Notes: a model not told the origin generated them from the sequence alone. Positions 1 to 23,878 are shown, counted from the stretch's first letter. The stretch: 64,000 nucleotides of DNA from the human T2T-CHM13v2.0 reference genome, Homo sapiens (GCF_009914755.1 NC_060935.1), one strand, 5' to 3'. Made by a program: numbers and translations.

Positions 1-1
1 A

Positions 2-4382
<4,381 letters not shown>

Positions 4383-5304
4383 GGTGCTTTGGTATGTTGA
4401 GCACTTTTGAATCAAAAGAAATTAGAAGATCTTAGAAGCTGCTTCTAACCTTCTCTTGTTCCTCCAGCCCCAAGCACAGAGAGGGATTCCCTCTGGAATT
4501 TCTTTACCTGAATAAGAACATTTCAACTTTTTTTTTTTTTTTTTTTTTTTTGAGACAGAGTCTCGCTCCATTGCCCAGGCTGGACTGCAGTGGCACGATC
4601 TCAGCTCACTGTAACCTATGACTCCTGAGTTTAAGCAATTCTTGTGCCTCAGCCTTCCAAGTAGCTGGGACCACAGCCACGCACCTCCACGCCTGGCCAA
4701 TTTTTTGTATTTTTAGTAGAGACAGGGTTTTGCCATGTTTTCCAAGATGGTCTCAAACTCCTGGCCTGAAGTGATCCACCCGCCTCGCCTCCCAAAGTTC
4801 TGGGATTACAGGCATGAACCATCACACCTGGCCTGACTGAAGAAATTTCTATCCAAAAGAACTGCAATTGTCTTAAGACCTCCTATCCTAGGAATCTCAT
4901 TAGATAACCAGGAAAGATTAACCACCAGAAGAAATTTCTATCCAAAAGGACTGCAATTGTTTTAAGACCTCCTAGCCTAGGAATCTCAACCAGGAAAGAC
5001 TACCAGAAAAGCAAAGAGACTAAAAGTCCTCACCATACCTACACAGACTTCTCCTCTATTCTTCTGAGGACAGCTCCAAGAGCTTACCTGAGAGGCATTA
5101 TCTGCATAAGACAACCCTTGTTCACAGTGCAGTTCTGCCCCTCACCTTCCAAAAATTTGCCACCACCTCCCCCAGAACTCAGAGGAACTTTGTCCCAGAC
5201 CATTGTCTGTTCTTTGGGCTCATTAAGTTTCACTGAAAATCATTTACCACCCCTCAAAATTATCTATACATCTTTCCTCTCCCCTGTGAAGAGGATTTGC
5301 TTTT

Positions 5305-5443
5305 TTCTTTCCTTCTTTTTCTATTAATTTTAATTTTTAAGTTCCAGGGTACACGTACAGGATGTACAGGTTTGTTGCATAGGTAAACGTGTGCCACAGT
5401 GGTTTGCTGCACCTATCAACCTAGGTATTAAGCCCAGCATGCA
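5305..5443 (-). mobile_element. Short 5'-truncated L1PA 3' end
   Basis: T-rich tail followed by TTTAAGTTCCAGGGTACAC...GGTTTGCTGCACCTATCAACC. Confidence 0.7.
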
Positions 5444-5955
5444 ACTTTTCTTATTTATTTATTTATTGAGACAGGATCTTGCTGTGTAGGCTGGTCTCCA
5501 TTTCCTGGGCTCAAGGGATCCTCCTGCCTCAGCCTCTCAATTAGCTGAAACTACAGGTGTATACCACTGCACACCCCTGAAGAGGTTATTTAAGCCTCAA
5601 CAATCTTGTCCTTGTTTGAGTCTCATATTTTGTATGACTCCCATTCTTATGCACATTAATAAATTTGTATGCCTTTTCTCATGTTAATCTATTGTCATTT
5701 AATTTCAGCAGAGTCAAACCTTTGTAGGGAGAGGGAAACATTCCCTCCACTCCTACAGTTGTGTTATGATTCCTACTCAACCCTTATCTAGTACCCTGTA
5801 TTGAAAGAAATGCCTTAAACCAAACTTCTAATTCTCAATAAAAAAATTTTTAATATTCAGTGGCCAGTTACTGGATCAATAAATTTTGGTCTTACCTTCC
5901 CCTTCTGAGAATTCCCAAAGCTCTGTTCAGGTGGTGTTCTTCCTTACTATGGTAA

Positions 5956-6399
<444 letters not shown>

Positions 6400-6741
6400 T
6401 AAAATTTTACCATTTTAACCAGTTTAAAATGTATATAGTTCAGTGGCATTAAGTACATCACATTGTTGTACAACCAGTGCTACTATCCATCTGCAGAACT
6501 TTTCATCATCCCCAACTGAAAATCTGTAGCTATTAAACAATAACATCCCATTACCCCCTTGCCCCAGCCCTGGGGACACCACCATTGTTCTTGCTGTCTC
6601 CATGAATTTGACTATTCTAGCTACCCTATATAAAAGGAGTCATACAGGGCTGGGCGCTGTGGCTCACACCTGTAATCCCAGCACTTTGGGAGGCCGAGGC
6701 GGGCAGATCACGAGGTCAGGAGATCGAGACCATCCTGACTA

Positions 6742-6978
<237 letters not shown>

Positions 6979-7056
6979 TCATTTAGCAAAATATTTTCAA
7001 GGCTTATTCATATTGTAGCATGGATCAGAATTTCTTTTCCAATTCCTTTGAGGCTT

Positions 7057-7933
7057 TATGGGATACTGTGAAATATATATTTGGTTTTTGTCCCTGTCTC
7101 CTGTCATACAACTCCTAATATCCTTGGAACCTCCAAAGACATCAGTGTCTTTATGTATACTAATGAGTTGACTGGTGACTGGCAGGCCCTGGGTAACTTC
7201 GGGATGGGGGCTGGTCACTGCAAAGACCAAAGCATCATTAGAGGGTTGGGACTTTCAACCTCACCCCCAAACCTCTGGGAAGGGGTGGGGGTTGAAGGTC
7301 AAGTTGATCACTCACGGCCAATGATTTAATCAATCATGCCTACACAATGAAGCTTCGATAAAAACCCAGAACAGGTGGCTTCGGGGATGTTCTGGATAGC
7401 TAAATGCATGAAGGTTCCTGGAGGGTGCCATACCCAGAGAGGGCATGGAAGCACCATGTGCCTTCCCTCATAACTCACCGTATGTATCCCTTTATCTGTA
7501 ACCTTTGTAATGTCTTTTACACTAAACTAGTAAATGTGTTTCCCTGAGTTCTGTGAGCTGCTTTAGCAAATAAATCAAACCCATTGAGAGTGTTTTAGGA
7601 AGCCCAATGTATTGTTGACTGGTCAGAAGCACGAGTAAAACAATATGGAGCTTACAATTGGCATCAGAAGTAGTGGGCAGTCTTGCGGGACTGAGCCCTC
7701 AACCGGTGGGATCTAATGCCATCTCCAGGTAAACAGCGTCAGAATTGAATTGAATTAGAGGATACTCAGCTGGTGTCAGCTGAAGACCCTGCTGCAGAAC
7801 TAATTGATTGGTTGTTGGTGGGGAGAAATCTCCATTCATTTCTTGGTGATGAGAGATCACAGAAGTCTTTTATGGTATGATGTGAGAGCAGATGTGAAAA
7901 CAGCAGATGAGAAAACAGTTTGCTTTTTCTACA
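7057..7933 (+). mobile_element. MER21-like LTR
   Basis: TGTGAAATATATATTTGG...TTTTCTACA resembles recalled MER21; it interrupts an old L1. Confidence 0.6.
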
Positions 7934-9001
7934 GGCTGTAATTTCTTTAATAATATTAAAGGCTTTGGGCAGGCACGGTGGCTCACATCTATAACCTCAG
8001 CACTTTGGGAGGCTGAGGCAGGAAAAATGCTTGAGGCCAGAAGTTCAAAACCAGCCTGGTCAACATAGAAAAACCCCGTCTCTACAAAAGAAAAATTTAA
8101 AAATTAGCTGGAGGTGGTGGTGCACACCTCTAGTCCCAGCTACTCAGGAGGCTGAGGTGGTGGATTGCCTAAGCCGAGGAGGTCAACGCTCCAGTGAGCC
8201 ATGATTCTTCCACTACACTCCAGTCTGTTTGACAGAGCAAGACTCTGTCTCTAAAAAAAAAAATAATAAAAAATAAAAATAAATTAAAGGCTTTAATTCC
8301 TTGAATAATATCCTATTGCTTGTATGTGCCACATTTCATCTCTCTATTCATCGTTAGTGGACACTTGGGTTGTTTCCACATTTTGGCTGTTGTGAATAAT
8401 GCTGCTACTATGAACAGACACAAATATCTGTTTGAATTCTTACTTTCACTTTTTTTGGGTATACACCTAAAAGTAGAATTGCTGGATCATAGGGTAATTC
8501 TATGTTTAATTTTTTGAGGAGGCACCATAGTGTTTTCTACAATAGCTTCTCCATTTTACCTTCCCACCAGCAATGTACATGGGTTCCAATTTCTCCACAT
8601 CCATGTCAATGCTTGTCATTTTCTGTTTTGTTTTTGTTGTTGTCATTGTTGTTTATCTATATAGTAGCCATCCTAATGGGAGTGAAGTGGTAACTCATTG
8701 TGGTTTCAATTTGCATTTCTCTAATAATTAGTAGTGTTGAGCATCTTTTCATGTGTTTATTGGTCATTACTGAAGAAATGTCTATTCAAGTCATTTGACC
8801 GTTTTTTACTCTGGTTGTTTGTTTTTTGTTGTTACGTTGGGAGAGTTCTTTATGTATTCTGGATAGTAACCCCTTACCAGACACATGATTTGCAAATATT
8901 TTCTCTCATTCCATAGGTTGTCTTTTCTGTTGATAGTGTCCTTTGATGCACAAGTCTTAAATTATCATGTAGTTCAATGTATCTATTTTTTTTTTTTTTG
9001 A

Positions 9002-9163
<162 letters not shown>

Positions 9164-9298
9164 TAATAGAGATTGGGTAATTTATCTATTTTTGTTGTTG
9201 CTGCCTGTGCTTTTCATGTCTTATCTAAAAAATTATTGTAGAATCCTATGTCATGAAGTTTTTAGTTTATGTTTTCTTCTTAGGGTTTTATAGTTTGA

Positions 9299-9685
<387 letters not shown>

Positions 9686-9908
9686 TAGAGGTCCAGCTTC
9701 ATTCTTTTGCATGTGGATATTCAGTTTTCCCAGCCTCATGTGTTGAAAAGACTGTTCTTACCCCATTGAATGGTCTTGGTACCTTGTTGAAAATCATCTG
9801 ACTTTACATGCAAGGTTTATTTTCAGACTCTATTTTATTCCATTGGTCTATATATCTGTCTTTATGCTAGTACCATGAGAAGTCACTTTTTTTTTTTTTT
9901 TTTTTTGA

Positions 9909-10469
<561 letters not shown>

Positions 10470-10701
10470 TGATAAAACCAAAACAAAGACAGGTTAACTA
10501 ACTTATCCAAAGATATACATATAGTCAATAATTCAGAGATTTTAACTTAGTAGTCTGACACCAAACCACAGTTTTAACTACTACAAAAGAAAATGTGCCA
10601 AGTGTTTAAGCATAGAACTTCACTTGTGCAAAGTTATGAGTATGAATTTTACTGATATGTTTTGTTAAATGAAAGAACAAATATATAAAATAATATTTTA
10701 A

Positions 10702-11054
<353 letters not shown>

Positions 11055-13908
11055 TAACTTGAATCACAGTATGCCCAAATCTATGTAATAATGATTTATA
11101 TCGTAAAAAATCCCCACTCCTCACAACATTTTCAGGAAGATAGGTCTGTGTTTCCAATAATCTTCACCTTAACGGCCCATAGGCCCTTCAATTCATTCAT
11201 ATTTATACCTCAACTCATGATCTTTGGACTCCTCTGTTCTATTCTAGTCCATCTTTTCTTTAATTTTTGAAACACAAATCTGATCTCATTCTCTGATTCA
11301 AATGTTTTAATGTGAAGGTTAGAAAATGGCTAAATTGAGCTTGCAGAAATATTTTGTTTGACCTTCAGTTTTTCCAACATTGAAAAAATCAGGAGATTTC
11401 TTGCAAAAATCCTGATTCCTGGCCTCTCTTGAAGAATTTGGTTGTCTTGCAACATGTCCTGCGTTGCCATATGGCCGCAACTACTTGCATCTCCACCCAG
11501 TTAATCTGCTCTGGGGCCTACAAACATCTGACTTTACAGATAATGCTCTAAGGGTTCCTTGGGGCCTGCAGTACTGTCAGGACAAACTGGTTCCTTAGGC
11601 AGCAATGAGATTAGTGAACTAAACGTCCACATATCAACCTGAATGATCTTCAAAACACTGCTGAGTGAAAAAAAGTAAGAAACAAGCTGAGACCTATAGC
11701 ATAATTTATATAAATTAAAAATATATACATATCATAAAAGAGTTCACATTTCACGAGAAGATACTCCAATAAAATGGACATATATCACACACTTGGAACA
11801 TTTTATAGTTAAGGACACAGAAAGGGAGGGGAGTATACTAGGAACTGAGAAGTGCCATTAACTCAATAAGCTGGAGCTGATATCCCCCAAAAAAGTGGGA
11901 AAAAAAGAAGTTAAAAACTTTTTTTTTGAGACAGAATCTTGCTCTGAATGAATAACATATTTTTCATTTTAGACATTGTAGTTTAAGTCTCTAATTCAAT
12001 TTGGACCTTTAAAAACCTTCCAGTCTATTTAACTTGCTCATTTTTTCTCTACCTTATTAAACATATGAAATACAGTTAAAGTAACTCTTTTATGCCTTTA
12101 GTTATTATATCATTTGTGTCATTTACAGATCTGTTTCCATTGATTGATTATTCTCATTATATGTCATATTTTCCTGATTTTTCCATGTCTGGGCATTTTT
12201 GGTTGAATGTAAGATGCTCTGAATGTTTTCTTGTTGGGAGGTGGATATTTTTATATTTATATACATATTCTTGAGCTTTTTTTCAGGGATACAGTTAACT
12301 TGCTTGGAACACTTACTTTCAAGGATGGGGATGATGTTTAAACTTTGTTAGGCAGGACCAGAGCAGCCTTTATTACAAGACTAATTTTTCCCAGTCCTGA
12401 GGAAATACTCTTTTAGGAATTATTTTAAACAATATCATTTACTAATTATATATATATATGTATATGTGTGTGTATATCTATGTATATATATGCCAAGTGC
12501 AGTGGCTCATCCCTGTAATCCCAGAACTTTGGGAGGCTGAGGCAGGCAGATTGCTTGAGCCCGGGAGTACAAGACCAGCCTGGGCAACATAGTGAAGCTC
12601 TGTCTCCACAAAAAATACAAGAATTAGCTGAATATGGTGGCCCATGCCCACAGTCTCAGCAACTCGGGCTGCCAAGGTGGGAGGACTGCTTGAGTCTGGG
12701 AGGTAAAGGCTGCAGTCAGCCATTTCATGCCACTGCACTCCAGCCTGGGTGACAGAGTAAGACCCTGTTTAAATAATTATAATTGATGTATAAAATTATT
12801 ATACATAATTATGATATATATATTTCCTTTCTGGCTTATGGAAATGCAAAATATTCCTAGCTCTTTGAGAAGTTTAGGAATTATTTCCTTGAATCATTTT
12901 AGTGTCTCTTCCTCAAACTAAGGTAGTTTCCTCATATGCTTACACTGATGTATACTCAGCTGAAGACATGATCTTGGAGCTTCCACTCCTATCTCTGCAC
13001 TCTTTCCTCTTCAGCATTCTGCCCTGCAAACTTAAGCCACCTTGCCTCCCAAGACTCCCAATTCCATCTTGTAAATTCAGGGAGACTGCTAGGTTCCACC
13101 TGGGTTTCCACTCTCTGTGCTGTATCTTCCATACAGTAAGATGGGGCAGAAGTAGGGATCATCTCATTTGTTTCTCCCATCTCAGGGATCGCTGTCCTCT
13201 ATCACCTGATGTCCAATATCTGAAAACTATTATTTCATGTATGTTGTCAGGTTTTTGTAGTTGTTTCCTGTAGGAGGGTAAATCTAGTCTCTGTTACTAC
13301 ATCTTGGCCAGAAGAAGAAGATAGCCTCATATATAATTTAATTTGATTCTCAGCATTACTCTGGGGCAGATAATATTATTACAGATGAAGATCTGAAGCT
13401 TGGAGAAATTAAATAACCTTTCCTAGAGGCTTGCACAGTATATGATGCATGGGCACTAAAACAACATAAACCAAACCAAACCAAAACGAGAAACACAAAG
13501 CCTTCCTGATGGTAAGTAAAAGGGCAAATCAAGGATGATAACAAAAATCCTTTTACTCCAAGCACTTTACCCTTTCTGCATTTATCACTGCCTCAGAGCA
13601 CTGTTGGACTACCTATGTAGCAAAGACATGGAGGGCTGGTTTAAAGTGTTAATGTCTGTGTTCCATCCCTGATATACTAAATCAAAATCTCTGCTGTCAA
13701 TCCTTAGAATCTCCATTTCTGATAAATTCCCCACCCCTTGCCTTAAGAAATAGAAAAGACTCCACAGAACTTTTAATTTTATCCTCTCTCAAACCTCTTC
13801 AAGAATCTTCCTCTAGGTTATCATCCTGATTTCTTCAACTTTCCTTTGTTTCTGGATCTTTCCTTTTATAAAAATATTCTATTTTCTCCCAGCTTAAAAA
13901 CAGACTCT

Positions 13909-14690
13909 TGCAAAACCAAATGTAAAATTCTAAGCCCCCCAACCAGTGGAATGGACCCCTCCTCTTGCTCAAGGGCATTCCAAAGTTAACCTGAAAAACT
14001 AGTCCAGGCCATGATGGGAAGGGGGGTTAAATATGCCTCATTGTACCCTCCTCCCTTTGAAATTCAGGGACAACTGACCAACATTAACATTAAGACACAG
14101 ATCTTAAGACTGTCATCCTAAGACTGACATCAAACAGATTCTTTGTAACGATAAGACACTAAATGCCAAACTGACTCTATTATAGCATCACATAACAGAT
14201 AGCAGGCCCTGAAAGAAATTGAAGTATTTTACCCTAAAATACATTTCTTTGACACATTTTGAAATGGCCCTGTAAAGCTGTCTCTCACGGGGATATCTGC
14301 ATTCTGTACAGAATCCTCTTCCCTTTCCAGGTCTTTTTCCTGATCCAGGAGAGAATTAACCAAAAGTCTGGCACCTTTTTAAGTCTGATAAGAAACATTT
14401 ACAATCTATTATCTCTGAAGCCTGCTGCCTGGGAGCTTCATCTGCATAAAAGGAATATTGATCTCCATGACCTTTTATCCTAACCCAGACACTTCATTCT
14501 ATTGATTCCAGGTCTATAGATAAACTCTTTCAACCAATTGCCAAACAGAAAATCTTTGAATCCATCTATGACATGGAGGCTTCTTCCAACCCTGTCCCCC
14601 ACCCCACCACTGCTTCTGCTTCCAGTAATCCTTCTGCTCTGGACCAAACCAACATACATCTTACATATACTGATCGATGCTGTATATGTA
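13909..14690 (+). mobile_element. ERV1 LTR, MER4-family-like (3'-truncated)
   Basis: Start resembles the recalled MER4 start (..AAATTCTAAGCCCCCCAACC..GAATGGACCCCTCC). Followed by AT-rich MER4-group internal sequence. Confidence 0.6.
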
Positions 14691-14905
14691 TATGCAAGAC
14701 TCCGTCTCAAAAAAAAAAAAGGTTAACAGGGAAATAACTTTAAATAATGACTATCACACACAGTGTTGTGAATAATCTAGATAAACTATTAAATAATCAA
14801 GTAAATGTAATGAAATAAATGCTTATAAACAAACTTGCCATATAATTTAGAATCTAAGGTTATTAATTGATATTAAGGATCTGGGTAATTTCCAATCCAA
14901 TTTAA

Positions 14906-15160
<255 letters not shown>

Positions 15161-15498
15161 TGATCCACCCACCTCGGCCTCCCAAAGTGCTGGGATTACA
15201 GGCGTGAGCCACCATACCTGGCAGAAAACCTTTTTTTAATGTTCTTATAAAAGTTCAATATGGAAGGGAGGAGCCAAGATGGTCGAATAGGAACAGCTCC
15301 GGTCTACAGCTCCCAGCGTGAGCGACGCAGAAGACGGGTGATTTCTGCATTTCCATCTGAGGTACCGGGTTCATCTCACTAGGGAGTGCCAGACAGTGGG
15401 CGCAGGCCAGTGGGTGCGTGCACCGTGCGTGAGCCGAAGCAGGGCGAGGCATTGCCTCACCTGGGAAGCGCAAGGGGTCAGGGAGTTCCCTTTCCGAG

Positions 15499-15714
15499 TC
15501 AAAGAAAGGGGTGACGGACGCACCTGGAAAATCGGGTCACTCCCACCCGAATATTGCGCTTTTCAGACCGGCTTAAGAAACGGCGCACCACGAGACTATA
15601 TCCCACACCTGGCTCAGAGGGTCCTACGCCCACGGAGTCTCGCTGATTGCTAGCACGGCAGTCTGAGATCAAACTGCAAGGCAGCAACGAGGCTGGGGGA
15701 GGGGCATCCGCCAT
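15499..15714 (-). CDS. ORF0: L1 antisense ORF0, intact, 71 aa
   Basis: MADAPPPASLLPCSLISDCRASNQRDSVGVGPSEPGVGYSLVVRRFLSRSEKRNIRVGVTRFSRCVRHPFL; ATG at 15714. Confidence 0.85.
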   Translation of the reverse strand: MADAPPPASLLPCSLISDCRASNQRDSVGVGPSEPGVGYSLVVRRFLSRSEKRNIRVGVTRFSRCVRHPFL

Positions 15715-16172
15715 TGCCCAGGCTTGCTTAGGTAAACAAAGCAGCCGGGAAGCTCGAACTGGGTGGAGCCCACCACAGCTCAAGGAGGCCTGCCTGCCTC
15801 TGTAGGCTCCACCTCTGGGGGCAGGGCACAGACAAACAAAAAGACAGCAGTAACCTCTGCAGACTTAAGTGTCCCTGTCTGACAGCTTTGAAGAGAGCAG
15901 TGGTTCTCCCAGCACGCAGCTGGAGATCTGAGAACGGGCAGACTGCCTCCTCAAGTGGGTCCCTGACCCCTGACCCCCGAGCAGCCTAACTGGGAGGAGG
16001 CACCCCCCAGCAGGGGCACACTGACACCTCACACGGCAGGGTATTCCAACAGACCTGCAGCTGAGGGTCCTGTCTGTTAGAAGGAAAACTAACAACCAGA
16101 AAGGACATCTACACCGAAAATCCATCTGTACAGCACCATCATCAAAGACCAAAAGTAGATAAAACCACAAAG

Positions 16173-17183
16173 ATGGGGAAAAAACAGAACAGAAAAACTG
16201 GAAACTCTAAAACGCAGAGCGCCTCTCCTCCTCCAAAGGAACGCAGTTCCTCACCAGCAACAGAACAAAGCTGGATGGAGAATGATTTTGACGAGCTGAG
16301 AGAAGAAGGCTTCAGACGATCAAATTACTCTGAGCTACGGGAGGACATTCAAACCAAAGGCAAAGAAGTTGAAAACGTTGAAAAAAATTTAGAAGAATGT
16401 ATAACTAGAATAACCAATACAGAGAAGTGCTTAAAGGAGCTGATGGAGCTGAAAACCAAGGCTCGAGAACTACGTGAAGAATGCAGAAGCCTCAGGAGCC
16501 GATGCGATCAACTGGAAGAAAGGGTATCAGCAATGGAAGATGAAATGAATGAAATGAAGCGAGAAGGGAAGTTTAGAGAAAAAAGAATAAAAAGAAATGA
16601 GCAAAGCCTCCAAGAAATATGGGACTATGTGAAAAGACCAAATCTACGTCTGATTGGTGTACCTGAAAGTGATGTGGAGAATGGAACCAAGCTGGAAAAC
16701 ACTCTGCAGGATATTATCCAGGAGAACTTCCCCAATCTAGCAAGGCAGGCCAACGTTCAGATTCAGGAAATACAGAGAACGCCACAAAGATACTCCTCGA
16801 GAAGAGCAACTCCAAGAAACATAATTGTCAGATTCACCAAAGTTGAAATGAAGGAAAAAATGTTAAGGGCAGCCAGAGAGAAAGGTCAGGTTACCCTCAA
16901 AGGAAAGCCCATCAGACTAACAGCGGATCTCTCGGCAGAAACCCTACAAGCCAGAAGAGAGTGGGGGCCAATATTCAACATTCTTAAAGAAAAGAATTTT
17001 CAACCCAGAATTTCATATTCAGCCAAACTAAGCTTCATAAGTGAAGGAGAAATAAAATACTTTATAGACAAGCAAATGCTGAGAGATTTTGTCACCACCA
17101 GGCCTGCCCTAAAAGAGCTCCTGAAGGAAGCGCTAAACATGGAAAGGAACAACCGGTACCAGCCGCTGCAAAATCATGCCTAA
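16173..17183 (+). CDS. L1 ORF1: L1 ORF1p, 336 aa (last two residues lost to K337*)
   Basis: MGKKQNRKTGNSKTQ...; REKG and ARR motifs intact; ends GCC TAA ATG TAA instead of GCC AAA ATG TAA. Confidence 0.95.
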   Translation: MGKKQNRKTGNSKTQSASPPPKERSSSPATEQSWMENDFDELREEGFRRSNYSELREDIQTKGKEVENVEKNLEECITRITNTEKCLKELMELKTKARELREECRSLRSRCDQLEERVSAMEDEMNEMKREGKFREKRIKRNEQSLQEIWDYVKRPNLRLIGVPESDVENGTKLENTLQDIIQENFPNLARQANVQIQEIQRTPQRYSSRRATPRNIIVRFTKVEMKEKMLRAAREKGQVTLKGKPIRLTADLSAETLQARREWGPIFNILKEKNFQPRISYSAKLSFISEGEIKYFIDKQMLRDFVTTRPALKELLKEALNMERNNRYQPLQNHA

Positions 17184-17228
17184 ATGTAAAGACCATCGAG
17201 ACTAGGAAGAAACTGCATCAACTAATGA

Positions 17229-21078
<3,850 letters not shown>

Positions 21079-22008
21079 ACAATGAGATCACATGGACACA
21101 GGAAGGGGAATATCACACTCTGGGGACTGTGGTGGGGTCGGGGGAGGGGGGAGGGATAGCATTGGGAGATATACCTAATGCTAGATGACACATTAGTGGG
21201 TGCAGCGCACCAGCATGGCACATGTATACATATGTAACTAACCTGCACAATGTGCACATGTACCCTAAAACTTAGAGTATAATAAAAAAAAAAAAAAAAA
21301 AAAAAAAAGTTCAATATGTTTATTTAATTCAAAGCTTATTTAAAGGTTATGTGTAAAACAAGGTAAAAGGAAGCAGGAAATAAGAGATGTAAAGAAAATT
21401 ATCAATATAAAGAGGCATTTTTTGTATTTAAGGCAAACAGGAAAGTAATTTTATATGAGAAAGAATCTTGCCTAGTGAATTTTTGTTCTAAAATAAAATG
21501 ACTGGGTTGTTTAAGAAAGTGAAATATTTAGGACAAACCAGAAGGTCCAAGTATGTTGTGAATGGTCTAAGTTGTAATAAGGTTAGTAAAAAGGGAACTT
21601 ATAAAAGTATTATGTGATTAATTGGTTTTAATTACAGAAAATTATAATAGTTTTTTAAAATTGAACTTTGGTATTTAAAAATATGCTAATACAAAATTAA
21701 ATAATTGGTTAAAACAAGATTTTATTAAAATATTAACTTATACTTAATGCAAGAGGTTTTTAATTTTTAAATTCTATAATCTGTCTCTTTGAAATTCTTC
21801 AGATTAGTATCTCAAAAATTCAGGTCTTTCTCTTTTGAAAAGGCCTTCACCTTTTGTTGGCTCTTGTAACTTTTAATTATCTAAAGTAAGAGAGGAATTT
21901 TTTTAAAAAACATGGCAATTAAATATCTTTTGGACCTGCCATTTGTATTCTGCATGCCTGTGATAGCTCTATTCTTATATGTGTCACGTGGAAGTGATAG
22001 TTCACTAC

Positions 22009-22423
22009 TGTTAAATCAAGTTTAGCCTAAAGCTGTCTCCTCACATATTTTAAGTTTGGCCTAAGGGTTTTACTGTACATCATGAACTGCTGCAAGTGGA
22101 GGTGTAAACAGACTGTACCCTACCTTGTGTCAATCCCAGAGTTTCTGCCAATCAAATGTAGCCAACTGTTCAAACCATGTTCAAATAAGGCAAACACTGA
22201 GCTATAACCAATCCAGCTGTTTCTGTTCCTCACTTCCATTTTCTGTTCCTCACTTCCATTTTCTGTACATCACTTTCCTTTTTCTGTCAATAAATCTTTT
22301 TCACCATATGGCTGTGCTGGAGTCTGGGCCTACTCTGGGTCAGGAGACTGCCTAATTCACAAATTGTTTATTGTTCAATTAAATGTCTTTAAATTTAATT
22401 TGGCTGAAGTTTTTCTTTCATCA
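22009..22423 (+). mobile_element. 5' LTR (MER57-like)
   Basis: TGTTAAATCAAGTTTAGCCTAAAGC...TTTCATCA, with several CCAAT boxes. Confidence 0.85.
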
Positions 22424-22425
22424 GA

Positions 22426-22443
22426 TGGTGTCAGAAGTGGGAT
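22426..22443 (+). other. Primer binding site for tRNA-Leu
   Basis: TGGTGTCAGAAGTGGGAT, 2 nt after the LTR, is complementary to the tRNA-Leu(CAA) 3' end ATCCCACTTCTGACACCA. Confidence 0.85.
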
Positions 22444-22866
22444 CTGAACTAGAGCCTCTAACGAGACCCCCAGGAGTGCTGAGTGACCAAGCAAGGTATC
22501 TGCTGGACCCATTGTGTTCGTTTCTCTCTCAGAGTAGTTGAGGATCATGGTAAGGTCTCCCTCAGATGCTGAAGCTCCACGGATTTGTTTTGAACTGAGT
22601 TTCTTTGAGCAAGTCTCTGATTTAATCTGGATTTGGAAGTTGTGATGGAAACTGGACTTGGTTCAGGATCAGATTGGATCTGGAATTAATCATCTTGGAT
22701 CCAGTTAGAGGCCTCCTACATCTGACTGGGTCAGAAAGAAACTGGTAGTAAATGGCAACGTTGCAGGGGATGTAAAATTTGGCTTTTGGAAATTCTCATG
22801 GACTTTTGTGTACTACCCCTTTGTTTCATTTTTCATGTGCCATTATGTAGAAAAAAAATTGTCTAA

Positions 22867-23115
<249 letters not shown>

Positions 23116-23641
23116 TGAAACAACACCAGGCTAATTTTTGTATTTTTAGAGGAGACGTGGATTTTGCCATGTTGGCCAGGCTGGTCTTGAACTCCTGGCT
23201 TCAAGTTATTTACCCACCTCAGCCTCCCAAAGTGCTGGGATTACAGGAATGAGCCACCACACCTGCCAAGATCTTTAACTTCTGAAGAACTGAGTTCCTT
23301 CCAGCTTAAACATGTGTAAGTATTATACCCTGGAAGCAGCAAAGTTTTACAGAAATGGCAAAATATTACTAAAGATAACTTACAGTGGAACGTTACAAAT
23401 AAACAACACTGTACTGAAATGAATTTGAAAATAAGGGCTCCCAAATTAGTCTCATCTAGGGATGCCTATTGATGTACAAAACTTCTTTAAAAAATCAGTA
23501 TTTTTATTAAAAACTTTATGAGGCTGGATGCAGTGACTCATGCCTGTAATCCCAGCACTTTGGGAGGCCTAGGTGGATGGATCACCTGAGGTAGGAGTTT
23601 GAGACCAGCCTGACCAATAGGGCAAAACCCCATCTCTACTA

Positions 23642-23878
<237 letters not shown>

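Noticed and set aside
21280-21330. Possible L1 3' transduction
   Set aside because: The poly(A) runs directly into the TSD, with no extra sequence.
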